DNA from: Opitutales bacterium
GTDB taxonomy: Bacteria; Verrucomicrobiota; Verrucomicrobiia; Opitutales; JBHJGM01
DNA: 64,000 nt
NCBI GenBank assembly: GCA_050331815.1
Contig: JBHJGM010000016.1
Location: forward strand, 65,653-129,652
Reading direction: 5' to 3'
The translations under genes and the position numbers were made by a program. Below are positions 55,964-64,000 of this stretch, piece by piece. The stretch's first letter is position 1. Every line of letters starts with the position of its first letter. The notes below the pieces were generated by a model. The model was not told where the DNA came from. It made no database searches and worked only from the letters and a program-made list of their open reading frames with translations.

Positions 55964-56312
55964 CCCACCCTCGAGGCCGCAACGCCGCCTGCCCGCGCAG
56001 AAACAAAACAGCCCCCACCTCCAACCAGTAGCCAACGCCCTCGCCCAGGTAAATCAGAGACCCCGATGCTCCAAAATTACCCGAAGCGCCCATCCCCACC
56101 TCCTGAGCGTTAAAGTGCCCAGCAACCAAAAGCCTCCACGCGAAAATCTCCGACCAGAAACTTCCGCACAAAGATCTACAGCCAAAATCTCATCACAGCG
56201 ATCCGCGTCCAGAAACTTACATACCTAGACCTCCGCCAAAAACTTCCACACGGATGGCCTGCGCTGGAAACTTCCATATGGATGGCCTGCCATCCGTAGC
56301 TTCAGCGAAGGA

Positions 56313-56388
<76 letters not shown>

Positions 56389-56573
56389 GTTGGGCGGGTT
56401 TCTTACGTAGTTAACAGAGTAGAGCAAGTCTGCGCAGGGGCGCGAACCCGGAATCGGGTTAGGGTGTTCAGGCGACGCACCCTAACCAATCTGCCAGTGC
56501 GTGCCATTGACACGCAATCGGCGACGCAAGTACCTTATTGTGTATCCATTGTACTTGTAGATTCAACAATTCT

Positions 56574-56780
56574 ATGGCCAGATATTACGTAAATGAAATT
56601 GCCCAGAGCAACGGCGACCACGAGGTCCACCGCGAGGGCTGCAAGTTCATGCCAGACCAGGAGCACCGGATCTACCTGGGCGACTACGACTCGTGCCGGC
56701 CCGCGGTGCAGAAAGCCCGCGAGTATTTCAGCCAGGTCAATGGATGCGCGCACTGCTGCGCGGAATGCCACACGCAGTGA
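56574..56780 (+). CDS. small Cys/His-rich conserved hypothetical protein (68 aa)
   Basis: MARYYVNEIAQSNGDHEVHREGC...CRPAV...NGCAHCCAECH has a non-shadow composition and a plausible metal-binding Cys/His pattern. I recall similar small proteins in other phyla. Confidence 0.55.
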   Translation: MARYYVNEIAQSNGDHEVHREGCKFMPDQEHRIYLGDYDSCRPAVQKAREYFSQVNGCAHCCAECHTQ

Positions 56781-56799
56781 ACGCTGGACGCCGCGCTAG

Positions 56800-58320
56800 T
56801 TAAAGCGCGACGCAGACCGCTTTCTTCTCGGTGTACAGGTCGACGGCGTCGTGGCCCATCTCGCGGCCCCACCCCGACTCCTTGTAACCGCCGAAGGGCA
56901 GCGCCGCATCGAACACATTGTAGCAATTGATCCAGACGGTGCCCGCCCGCAGCTTTTCGGCCAGGGCGTGCGCCTTGGAAATATCGCGCGTCCAGATGCC
57001 GGCAGCCAGGCCGTAGCGCGTCGCGTTGGCATCGTTGGCGATCTCGTCGAGGTCGTCGTAGGCGTGGCAGGTCACCACCGGCCCGAAGATTTCCTCGCGC
57101 ACCACGCGCATCTGCTCGCTGACGTCGGTCAGCACGGTCGGCTGCACAAAGTAACCGCGGTCGCCGTGGCGATTGCCGCCGGCCGCCGCGTGCGCACCTT
57201 GCTCACGTCCACTGTCGAGGAAACCCGTCACACGCTCGAACTGCTCCTGCGAGACCAGCGGCCCCATCTGCGTGTCTTCCTCAAGACCGGGGCCGATTTT
57301 CATGCCCTTGGCTACTTCGGCGATGCCTTCGACAACGCGGTCAAAGTGCTTTTTGGGCGCAAACAGGCGCGAGCCCGCGGCGCAGCACTGCCCGTGGTTA
57401 AAAAAGATGGCGTTGGCGGCGCCGGGGATGGCCGCATCGAAATCCGCGTCGGGCAGAATGATGTTCGGCGACTTGCCGCCAAGTTCGAGCGTGACCTTTT
57501 TCAGATTTCCCGCGGCAGCCTTGACGATGATTTTACCGACTTCGGTGGAGCCTGTGAAGGCAATCTTGTCGACGTCTTCGTGGTTGGCCAGGGCGGCCCC
57601 CGCGGTTTCGCCGAAGCCGGTCACGATGTTGACGACGCCTTCGGGGAAGCCGGCTTCGCAAATCAGTTCGCCCAGGCGCAGGGCGGACAGCGGCGTCTGC
57701 TCGGCAGGCTTGAGGACCACGCAGCAACCGGCGGCAAGCGCAGGCGCCAGCTTCCACGCAGCCATCAAAAGTGGGAAGTTCCAGGGGATGATTTGTCCGG
57801 CCACGCCAATCGGCTCGCGGCGGGTGTACGCGTGGAAACGCTGCGCGCGCTGCGTATACGGCACGGTAATGTCGATGGTGTTGCCCTCGAGCTTGGTGGC
57901 CCAGCCCGCCATGTACTGAAACATTTCGGCGGCCAGCGGCACATCGGCGACGCGGGCCACGGTGACCGGCTTGCCGTTGTCGAGTGCCTCGAGTTGGGCG
58001 AATTCCTCAAGATGCGCGGTGAGCAGGTCGCCCAGTTTCCAGACGAGGCGCTGGCGTTCGGCGGCTTTCATCTGACGCCAGGGGCCATGGTCGAAGGCCT
58101 TGCGCGCGGCGGCCACAGCGCGGTTGATATCTTCCTGCTCGCCCTTGGCGACGTGGGCGATGACCTCGCCGGTGGAGGGGTCGAAGACCTCAAAGGTCTG
58201 GCCGCTGGCGGCCTCGACCCACTGGCCGTTGATCAGGTTTTTGCCGGGGTGGCTGAGGAAGTCGCGGACGGGGGCAACGAGACGGTCGGCGGCAGGCGCG
58301 GGAATGGTAGCGGTCGTCAT
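56800..58320 (-). CDS. NAD(P)+-dependent aldehyde dehydrogenase
   Basis: FTGSTEVGK, LELGGKSP, the catalytic FFNHGQCCAAGSR and EEIFGPV are present. Confidence 0.95.
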   Translation of the reverse strand: MTTATIPAPAADRLVAPVRDFLSHPGKNLINGQWVEAASGQTFEVFDPSTGEVIAHVAKGEQEDINRAVAAARKAFDHGPWRQMKAAERQRLVWKLGDLLTAHLEEFAQLEALDNGKPVTVARVADVPLAAEMFQYMAGWATKLEGNTIDITVPYTQRAQRFHAYTRREPIGVAGQIIPWNFPLLMAAWKLAPALAAGCCVVLKPAEQTPLSALRLGELICEAGFPEGVVNIVTGFGETAGAALANHEDVDKIAFTGSTEVGKIIVKAAAGNLKKVTLELGGKSPNIILPDADFDAAIPGAANAIFFNHGQCCAAGSRLFAPKKHFDRVVEGIAEVAKGMKIGPGLEEDTQMGPLVSQEQFERVTGFLDSGREQGAHAAAGGNRHGDRGYFVQPTVLTDVSEQMRVVREEIFGPVVTCHAYDDLDEIANDANATRYGLAAGIWTRDISKAHALAEKLRAGTVWINCYNVFDAALPFGGYKESGWGREMGHDAVDLYTEKKAVCVAL

Positions 58321-58863
58321 GGGTATGGCAGTGTGTGCGGGTTGAAGAACGAGAGGGGCTGCATGCGAAGATGCATTTCCCAGTAGTGTCGTTAATAGTG
58401 CCCAACTGCGCTGCTGATGGCAAGCGCTTGCGCACTACCGTGGGAAGGGACTGTCTGGATTGAAGCGGGCAGTTGCGCTTGCGGGAGACAAAACCTTTTG
58501 AGTCGATGCCGGCTGCCGGAGGTCACTTATAGCTATGCGTGTGCGAAACAGCCGGGCTTCTTCGCTTGTGGAGGCTTCTGTCTTGTGGATGCGAAGATTA
58601 GGGCGGGCGTGTTTTGGAAGACATGATGCTTTAAGTTTAGCAGAAAGCCAATGAGGGCGCAACGGATGGGTTGGGTCGGTTGGTTACGGTGGAAAGTTTT
58701 TTCGTTTTTTTGGTTTTGGGGAACGGGAGGGTGGATTGGTTAAGATGATAATATTGAACGGGAAGGAGCAGAGATAGGGAGGAGAATCAGGGGTAATAGA
58801 ATGAGTAGGTGGGTTGGTAGCTTAGGGTTGGTCCAAATATGTTGGAGTGCGTGGTAGCTTTGG

Positions 58864-58898
58864 TGGATTGCGACGTCGCTGTGCTCCTCGCAATGACG
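58864..58898 (+). repeat. REP-like palindromic element, copy B
   Basis: TGGATTGCGACGTCGCTGTGCTCCTCGCAATGACG has the stem ATTGCGA/TCGCAAT. Confidence 0.75.
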
Positions 58899-58939
58899 TA
58901 AGTGGGAAATGTTGCGTAAATAGCTTCCTAAATACGTTT

Positions 58940-59122
58940 TTAGTCTCTCTGTGTGCTCCTGTTCCAGTTCTTAACGCTAGCTAACTGCGCATAGGCTCGT
59001 TGAATCGCACAGCGATTACGGTAGTATGACCTGTCTTTGAAGGCTTTTGCGAGTTCACACAGTTTCATCACCTTACAAATGCCAAAGCAGTAAGGAACTC
59101 CATCTGCCAGAGAGGCGGCCAT
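58940..59122 (-). CDS. possible small basic protein (60 aa), hypothetical
   Basis: ATG-started ORF 9 nt downstream of the metW stop, in a locally AT-rich stretch where a 60-codon open frame is less likely to arise by chance. I recognise no family. Confidence 0.25.
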   Translation of the reverse strand: MAASLADGVPYCFGICKVMKLCELAKAFKDRSYYRNRCAIQRAYAQLASVKNWNRSTQRD

Positions 59123-59131
59123 CCAATGATT

Positions 59132-59737
59132 CTAGCGGCTGAGTTCGTAGATGGCGTAGCCGGCCAGGAGGCTGGGCCAGTAGCGTTGGGGGGATTCCCA
59201 GTCGGCGGAGAGGTAGAGGCGGCGAGCGATGGTGATGGCGTGCTGTGCGCAGAATTCCTCGAAGTCCGCGATGGAGACTGGATTGGTCGGGCGCGACTCG
59301 TACCAGCGTTCAGGGAAGACGTCGTTGCGAATCCGACGGCCCTCCAGCAGCATGTTCAGGCGATTTTTCCAGAAGCCGTGATTCACGAAGCCGATGGCCA
59401 CATGGCGTCCCACCCGCAGCGCCTCGTCGAGAACGTGGGCCGGGCGGCTGAGTTCGGGGAGCGTGCGCGAGCAGACTACCCAGTCGAAAAAGTCGTCAGG
59501 GAACTCGGCCAGAATTTTTTCGATGTCGCCCTGATAGGCCGGGACACCACGCCGAACGCAGCCAGCGATCTTTTCCGGGTTTAGATCGACGCCCAGTCCG
59601 TAGATGCTTTTGAGCTGCTTGAGATCGTGCAGCAAGACACCGCGCCCACAGCCCAGATCGAGCACGCGCTCACCTTCGCCGACCCATTCACGCAGGGCGG
59701 CGAAGTCGACTTTGCGCTTCTGCTCAAGAGGTTTCAT
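59132..59737 (-). CDS. metW: methionine biosynthesis protein MetW
   Basis: VLDLGCGRGVLL, GLGVDLN, FDWVVCSRTL and the C-terminal region are typical of MetW. It lies directly downstream of metX. The ATG at 59737 is preferred over the TTG at 59746. Confidence 0.85.
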   Translation of the reverse strand: MKPLEQKRKVDFAALREWVGEGERVLDLGCGRGVLLHDLKQLKSIYGLGVDLNPEKIAGCVRRGVPAYQGDIEKILAEFPDDFFDWVVCSRTLPELSRPAHVLDEALRVGRHVAIGFVNHGFWKNRLNMLLEGRRIRNDVFPERWYESRPTNPVSIADFEEFCAQHAITIARRLYLSADWESPQRYWPSLLAGYAIYELSR

Positions 59738-59823
59738 CGGATGCAAATCAAACCCGGAGCTACATATACATAACCACGAACATGAAGAGAGACGGAATTA
59801 TTCATGGTTCTAATTTACTTAAA

Positions 59824-60966
59824 TCAAATGAGAAAGGCGCGGATGAGGTCACCGAGTTCGGGAGCGTCGACGAGAAAAGAGTCGTGGCCGAGGGGCATAT
59901 CGACTTCGGCATAGGTGGCGTCCTTGCGACAACGCAGCAAAGCGTGGACGATTTCGCGGTTTTGGCTGGGCGGGAAGAGCCAGTCGGTGGAGAAGCCCAC
60001 GACAAGCGTGCGGGCCTGAATGCGCGCGAGGGTGTCTTCAAGGCTGCCGGTTTCGCCGTAGAGGTCGAAGCGGTCGAGGGCCTTGGTGAAATAGAGATAG
60101 GTGTTGGCGTCGAAGCGGTTGACGAAGCTCTGGCCCTGGTAGCGCAGGTAGGATTCGACCTCGAACTCGACGTCGAAGAACTCGCGAGAGCGGGCTTCGC
60201 GACGGCTGCGGCCAAACTTTTCTTCCAGACCCTGGTCGGAGAGGTACGTGATGTGCGCCATCATGCGGGCGATGGCGAGGCCCACGTCGGGGCCCTCGCC
60301 CGGGGCGTAGTGACCCTCGTTCCAGCCGGCGTCGCGGATGATCGCCTGGCGCCCCACCTCGTTAAAGGCGATGGCCTGGGCGCTTTGGCGGGCGGTGGTG
60401 GCCAGACCTAGAATCTGTCGCACGCGCTCCGGAAAATCGATGCCCCATTGGAGCACCTGCATGCCACCCATCGAGCCGCCCACCACGCAGCGCAACGTGT
60501 CGATGCCGAGGTGATCGATCAGTCGCGCCTGGGCGGCCACCATGTCGCGGATGGTGAGCGCGGGGAAATCGAGCGCGAAGGGTTCGCCGGTGGCGGGGTT
60601 GGTCGAGGAGGGGCCGGTGGAGCCCTGGCAGCCGCCGATGCTGTTCGAGCAGATGATGAAAAACTTGTCGGTATCGAGGGGCTTGCCAGGGCCGATCAGG
60701 TTGTTCCACCAGCCGGGTTTGCGGTCGTCGAGCGAGTAGTAGCCAGCGCAGTGGTGGTCGCCGCTGAGGGCATGGCAAACGAGGATGGCGTTGTCGCGCG
60801 CAGCGTTGAGGCGCCCGTATGTTTCGTAGCGCAAGGTGAAGCTTTCGAGGCGTCCGCCGCGTTCGAACTCCAGAGGCTGGCGACATTCGAAGTCCTGCCA
60901 GCGCACGAGGCCAACCTCGCCGGGAGGCACGGTTTCACCCGCGGGGAGTTGTTCGGTGCTGTTCAT
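59824..60966 (-). CDS. metX: homoserine O-acetyltransferase
   Basis: NAILVCHALSGDHH, WWNNLIGPGKPLDTDKFFIICSN and the nucleophile motif GGSMGGMQ are present. Confidence 0.95.
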   Translation of the reverse strand: MNSTEQLPAGETVPPGEVGLVRWQDFECRQPLEFERGGRLESFTLRYETYGRLNAARDNAILVCHALSGDHHCAGYYSLDDRKPGWWNNLIGPGKPLDTDKFFIICSNSIGGCQGSTGPSSTNPATGEPFALDFPALTIRDMVAAQARLIDHLGIDTLRCVVGGSMGGMQVLQWGIDFPERVRQILGLATTARQSAQAIAFNEVGRQAIIRDAGWNEGHYAPGEGPDVGLAIARMMAHITYLSDQGLEEKFGRSRREARSREFFDVEFEVESYLRYQGQSFVNRFDANTYLYFTKALDRFDLYGETGSLEDTLARIQARTLVVGFSTDWLFPPSQNREIVHALLRCRKDATYAEVDMPLGHDSFLVDAPELGDLIRAFLI

Positions 60967-61095
60967 GCGGCCAGGTCGGGCGGTGACGATCGCGGCGGCT
61001 GCAGCTTGTGCCTTTTAGATAACCCATCCATCGCCCGGTTAGCTCTTGATTAAACCGGCCAGAATGCGGAGGGCCAGCGCGCAATGCGAGCCTAA

Positions 61096-61210
61096 GGTCG
61101 GGTGGCCCCGACAGGACCGGGTAACCCCGGCAGGACTATCTTTTGGGGCAAGCCTGGTCGGGTGACCCCAGCAGGACCGGGTGACCCCGGCGGGACCATC
61201 TTGGGGGGGC
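61096..61210. repeat. 60-bp tandem repeat (2 copies) built from four ~20-bp mini-hairpin units
   Basis: Copy 1 (61096..61149) is GGTCGGGTGGCCCCGACAGGACCGGGTAACCCCGGCAGGACTATCTTTTGGGGC. Copy 2 (61156..61210) is GGTCGGGTGACCCCAGCAGGACCGGGTGACCCCGGCGGGACCATCTTGGGGGGGC. The sub-unit is CGGGTRRCCCCRRCRGGAC. Confidence 0.85.
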
Positions 61211-61268
61211 GAACCAGTTGGCGGGATATCGGGGGGCGCGTAGTTAGCGCTGCGTGAGCACCTTCTGC

Positions 61269-61305
61269 TGGATTGCGACGGTCGCTTGGCTCCGTCGCAA
61301 TGACG
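61269..61305 (+). repeat. REP-like palindromic element, copy C
   Basis: TGGATTGCGACGGTCGCTTGGCTCCGTCGCAATGACG has a 10-bp stem ATTGCGACGG/CCGTCGCAAT. It lies 19 nt past the stop of the DUF3108 gene. Confidence 0.8.
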
Positions 61306-61323
61306 CAGGGAAGATGGGCCTCT

Positions 61324-62439
61324 TTAGCGGCGGGGGCCGGTTTCGATTTCCTTGGGGTCGGGGGGGCCATTGTAGGCCATGCCTTCGGGGATGCCGCGTT
61401 GGGCCTCGACCTCGATGGCACGGAGTTCGGCGGAGAAGTCACCAACCACGACGGAGGAGGCCATCTTGACGGGGATATGGTAGCGGTCGTTGGACAGCCA
61501 GATGAGGACCTCGGCGTTGGGGCTTTTTTTGAAGACGCCGCCGGCATCGCCCACGTCCGGGCGGACGAGGAGGGCATCGAATTTGCCGAGTGGGACCTCA
61601 ACTTCCTCATAACGCAGAGCATCGATGGAGCCGTCGACCCACTTTTTGCCGTCGGTGAGCGGGACGTAATAATTCTGGCCGGGGCGCAGATCGAGGGTGC
61701 GGAAAAAGTAGACCGCGGAGATGGGGTCGAAGCCGTCTTCCTTGAGATCGACGGCGGGTTTGTGCGGTCGGTTCCAGTTGGTGTAGTGGCTGGTTTTGCC
61801 GTCCCAGTCGAACGTGACGCGCACGTCGCGGTTGGTTTTGCCCTCGATCTGGCGCTTGGTGTAGAGCAACGAGCGCTGCATGTTTAGCTGGGCCCAGCCG
61901 TAGATGCGGGTGCGGACCTTGTAGACCAGATCGATGACGGGGTCGGTGCGGATGGTGAGCGAGAGCTTGTAGCAGGGGATGCCGTCGATCTCCTCGGGGC
62001 CTTCGACCATCATGAGGCCCTCGCCGACTTTGAGGGCTTCCCACTTGAGGTCGTAGTAGAGGCGCTCGGAAATGCGGAAGGGCGGTGCCTCGCCCTGCAG
62101 GCCGGGGGCGCGGGGAGCGTTGGTGTGGTCGGCGGCCGGCAGATCGCCGTCGTCAATCACCGGGGCGGGCGCATCGGCCAGGCCCACGTTTGCGGCAGTT
62201 TCGGACGACGCTAATTCGCCCGAAGGTGTCGTCGAGTCAGTTTGGCTAGGCGGGTCGGCTTCGGAGAAAACGACCGGCGCTTCGTCCGGAGCGGAGGGTC
62301 CGAAGTCGGCATCCGACGGGAGCGCGGGATCGACCTCGGAAAGGACGATGGGATCGGTGCTGAGTTCGGAACTGGTGCAGGCGGCAAAGCAAAGCGCCGA
62401 CAGCAACCAGCCGGCTATGGCGAGGGATTTCTTCGGCAT
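61324..62439 (-). CDS. DUF3108 domain lipoprotein
   Basis: It has a lipobox (LSALCFAACTS) and a low-complexity linker. The following region fits the DUF3108 pattern as I recall it: ERLYYDLKWEALKVGEGLMMVEG...YKLSLTIRT...IWLSNDRYHIPVKM. Confidence 0.7.
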   Translation of the reverse strand: MPKKSLAIAGWLLSALCFAACTSSELSTDPIVLSEVDPALPSDADFGPSAPDEAPVVFSEADPPSQTDSTTPSGELASSETAANVGLADAPAPVIDDGDLPAADHTNAPRAPGLQGEAPPFRISERLYYDLKWEALKVGEGLMMVEGPEEIDGIPCYKLSLTIRTDPVIDLVYKVRTRIYGWAQLNMQRSLLYTKRQIEGKTNRDVRVTFDWDGKTSHYTNWNRPHKPAVDLKEDGFDPISAVYFFRTLDLRPGQNYYVPLTDGKKWVDGSIDALRYEEVEVPLGKFDALLVRPDVGDAGGVFKKSPNAEVLIWLSNDRYHIPVKMASSVVVGDFSAELRAIEVEAQRGIPEGMAYNGPPDPKEIETGPRR

Positions 62440-62498
62440 CTGATGTGAATGGATTTATCACAGACAGCCGGTGGTGGCCAGCGGTTCCGCCGCGTAAA

Positions 62499-64000
62499 TC
62501 ACTTCACCTGAACGGGTTTGAGATTCCAGATCTGTTCGGCGTATTCGCCGATGGTGCGGTCGGAGGAGAATTTGCCGACACGAGCGGTGTTGAGGGCAGC
62601 CATGCGCACCCAGTGGTCCGCGTTCTGATAGGCGTCGCTGACCTGAGCCTGGCAATCGATGTAGGCCTGGAAGTCAGCGAGGACGAGGAACGGGTCGCCC
62701 CCGTCGAGGAGGCTGTGGCGGAGGCTGTCAAAAGCGCCGGGATCGCCTTCGCAGAAGTAGCCCGAGGTGAGCCAGTCGAGGCAGGCCTTGAGTTCCTCGT
62801 TGCTGTTGTAGAGGTCCCACGGGTTGTAACCGCTCGCGCGAAGGGCTTCAACCTCCTCGACCGTCTTGCCGAAGATAAAGATGTTTTCGTCGCCGACCTC
62901 CTCGCGAATCTCGACGTTGGCGCCGTCGAGGGTGCCGATGGTGAGCGCACCGTTGAGCGCGAGCTTCATGTTGCCGGTGCCGGAGGCTTCCTTACCCGCG
63001 GTAGAAATCTGCTCGGAGAGATCGGCGGCGGGGATGATGTGCTCGGCCAGCGTGACGCTGTAGTTAGGCAGGAAGCAGACCTTCAGGCGGTCGCCGACGC
63101 GCTGGTCGTTGTTGACGCGCGCGGCCACGGCGTTGATCGCGTGAATGATGGTCTTGGCCAGCTCGTAGCCCGGGGCGGCCTTGGCCGCGAAAACGTACAC
63201 GCGCGGCGCGTAGTTGTAATCGGGCTGGTGAAGGATGCGGCGGTAGTGGCTGAGGATGTGCAGGAGGTTCAGGTGCTGGCGCTTGTACTCGTGCAAGCGC
63301 TTGATCTGCACGTCGAAGAGCGCGCCGGGATCGACTGAAATGTCCATGCACTCCTGGATAACGCCGGCGAGGCGAATCTTGTTCTGGCGCTTGACCGCAG
63401 CGTATTCCTTGCGGAAGCCGGCGTCCTCGATGAGCGGCTCAAGCTGGCGGAGGCGGTCGAGGTCCTTGACCCAGTTTTCGTCGCCGAGGGAGTCGGTGAT
63501 GAGACGGCTCAGGCGCGGGTTGCAGGCCTTGAGCCAGCGACGCGGCGTGATGCCGTTGGTCTTGTTCTGCAGCTTGCCCGGGAAGAGCTGGTCGAAGGCG
63601 TTAAAAAGGTCCTCGCGCAGCAAGCGGGTGTGCAGGGCGGCCACACCGTTCACGGCATGGCTGGCAACCACGGAAAGGTAGGCCATGCGAATCATCTTGG
63701 GTTCGCCTTCCTCGATGATGGACAGCGCGGACTTGCGGGCGTCGTCACCGGGCCAGTGCGCCTCGACCTCGTCTTCGAGGAAGCGGCGATTGATCTCGTA
63801 GATGATCTGCAGGTGGCGCGGGAGCAGGCGCTCAAACAGTGGCACCGACCATTTTTCCAGCGCCTCGGGCAGAAGGGTGTGGTTGGTGTAAGCGAAGACC
63901 TTGCGGCAGATGCCCCAGGCGGCGTCCCATTCGATGCCGTATTCGTCGAGGAAGATGCGCATCAACTCGGGGACGGCGACGGCGGGGTGCGTGTCGTTGA
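62499..64000 (-). CDS. glgP: glycogen/alpha-glucan phosphorylase, N-terminus outside the window
   Basis: [15 protein letters not shown] is present, and the PLP site is [36 protein letters not shown]. The frame stays open upstream of the track's internal Met to the window edge (...[13 protein letters not shown]). Confidence 0.95.
   Translation of the reverse strand, partial: NDTHPAVAVPELMRIFLDEYGIEWDAAWGICRKVFAYTNHTLLPEALEKWSVPLFERLLPRHLQIIYEINRRFLEDEVEAHWPGDDARKSALSIIEEGEPKMIRMAYLSVVASHAVNGVAALHTRLLREDLFNAFDQLFPGKLQNKTNGITPRRWLKACNPRLSRLITDSLGDENWVKDLDRLRQLEPLIEDAGFRKEYAAVKRQNKIRLAGVIQECMDISVDPGALFDVQIKRLHEYKRQHLNLLHILSHYRRILHQPDYNYAPRVYVFAAKAAPGYELAKTIIHAINAVAARVNNDQRVGDRLKVCFLPNYSVTLAEHIIPAADLSEQISTAGKEASGTGNMKLALNGALTIGTLDGANVEIREEVGDENIFIFGKTVEEVEALRASGYNPWDLYNSNEELKACLDWLTSGYFCEGDPGAFDSLRHSLLDGGDPFLVLADFQAYIDCQAQVSDAYQNADHWVRMAALNTARVGKFSSDRTIGEYAEQIWNLKPVQVK

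Noticed and set aside
56126-56300. CRISPR array (also considered for the 61096..61210 repeat)
   Set aside because: The repeats are degenerate and contiguous, without unique spacers of regular length. There are only 2-6 units and no cas genes in the window.
60967-61095. SAM riboswitch in the metX leader
   Set aside because: I could not find the SAM-I core (GAGGGA...GGCCC...GCAACC) or a convincing SAM-II/V pseudoknot pattern by eye in the ~130-nt leader. An Infernal scan would be needed before claiming or excluding one.
61092-61622. ORF with a collagen-like GPAGVTRPGLPQKIVLPGLPGPVGATRP C-terminus
   Set aside because: The Gly-Pro periodicity comes from the 60-bp tandem repeat, whose ~20-bp sub-unit is not a multiple of three. 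The rest of the ORF overlaps the 3' end of the DUF3108 gene out of frame.

Overview
High-GC (roughly 60-65% by eye) bacterial chromosomal window with dense coding on both strands. The gene content suggests a Verrucomicrobiota/Opitutales-like organism: a PEP-CTERM protein, many Cys-type sulfatases, a TIGR03790-like protein and large secreted glycosidase-like proteins. This taxon call is inference only.

Positions 1-20 kb are housekeeping: a Wzy-type membrane protein, a PduO-type adenosyltransferase, menE-menC, ribB(A)-GNAT-ribH-nusB, ftsY, aroB, lpxA-pdxA, an A-type Fe-S carrier, infC, an amidase, crcB, clpP, a lipase and tRNA-Pro.

Positions 20.4-25.4 kb hold the most interesting unit. It is a terminator-closed five-gene operon of secreted proteins and lipoproteins: PEGA, CsgG-like, a COG3014-like lipoprotein, YcfL and LpoB/LPP20-like. 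I read it as an uncharacterised outer-membrane-anchored periplasmic assembly.

Positions 27-55 kb form a carbohydrate-utilisation region. It contains two very large paralogous TIM-barrel-like secreted proteins that I cannot assign to a GH family, a 941-aa GH, a GH130 phosphorylase and three sulfatases without signal peptides. It also contains a CHRD/PEP-CTERM protein, a Gfo/Idh/MocA oxidoreductase, a DeoR regulator and a Wza-like exporter.

Positions 54.7-64 kb carry a Y-family polymerase, tRNA(CAT), an aldehyde dehydrogenase, metX-metW, a DUF3108 lipoprotein and a partial glgP.

The intergenic DNA is unusually structured:
- a three-copy REP-like palindrome family
- a duplicated two-hairpin terminator module
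- a 60-bp tandem repeat upstream of metX
- strongly C-rich/G-poor tracts downstream of genes
- an inverted-repeat-bounded AT-rich element upstream of ftsY
- an RHH antitoxin next to a decayed PIN toxin remnant

No CRISPR array, rRNA, transposase or integrase was seen. All family calls come from motif recognition by eye; no database search or computation was run. Most long Arg/Ala/Pro/Gly-rich ORFs in the track are shadow ORFs typical of high-GC DNA and were discarded.
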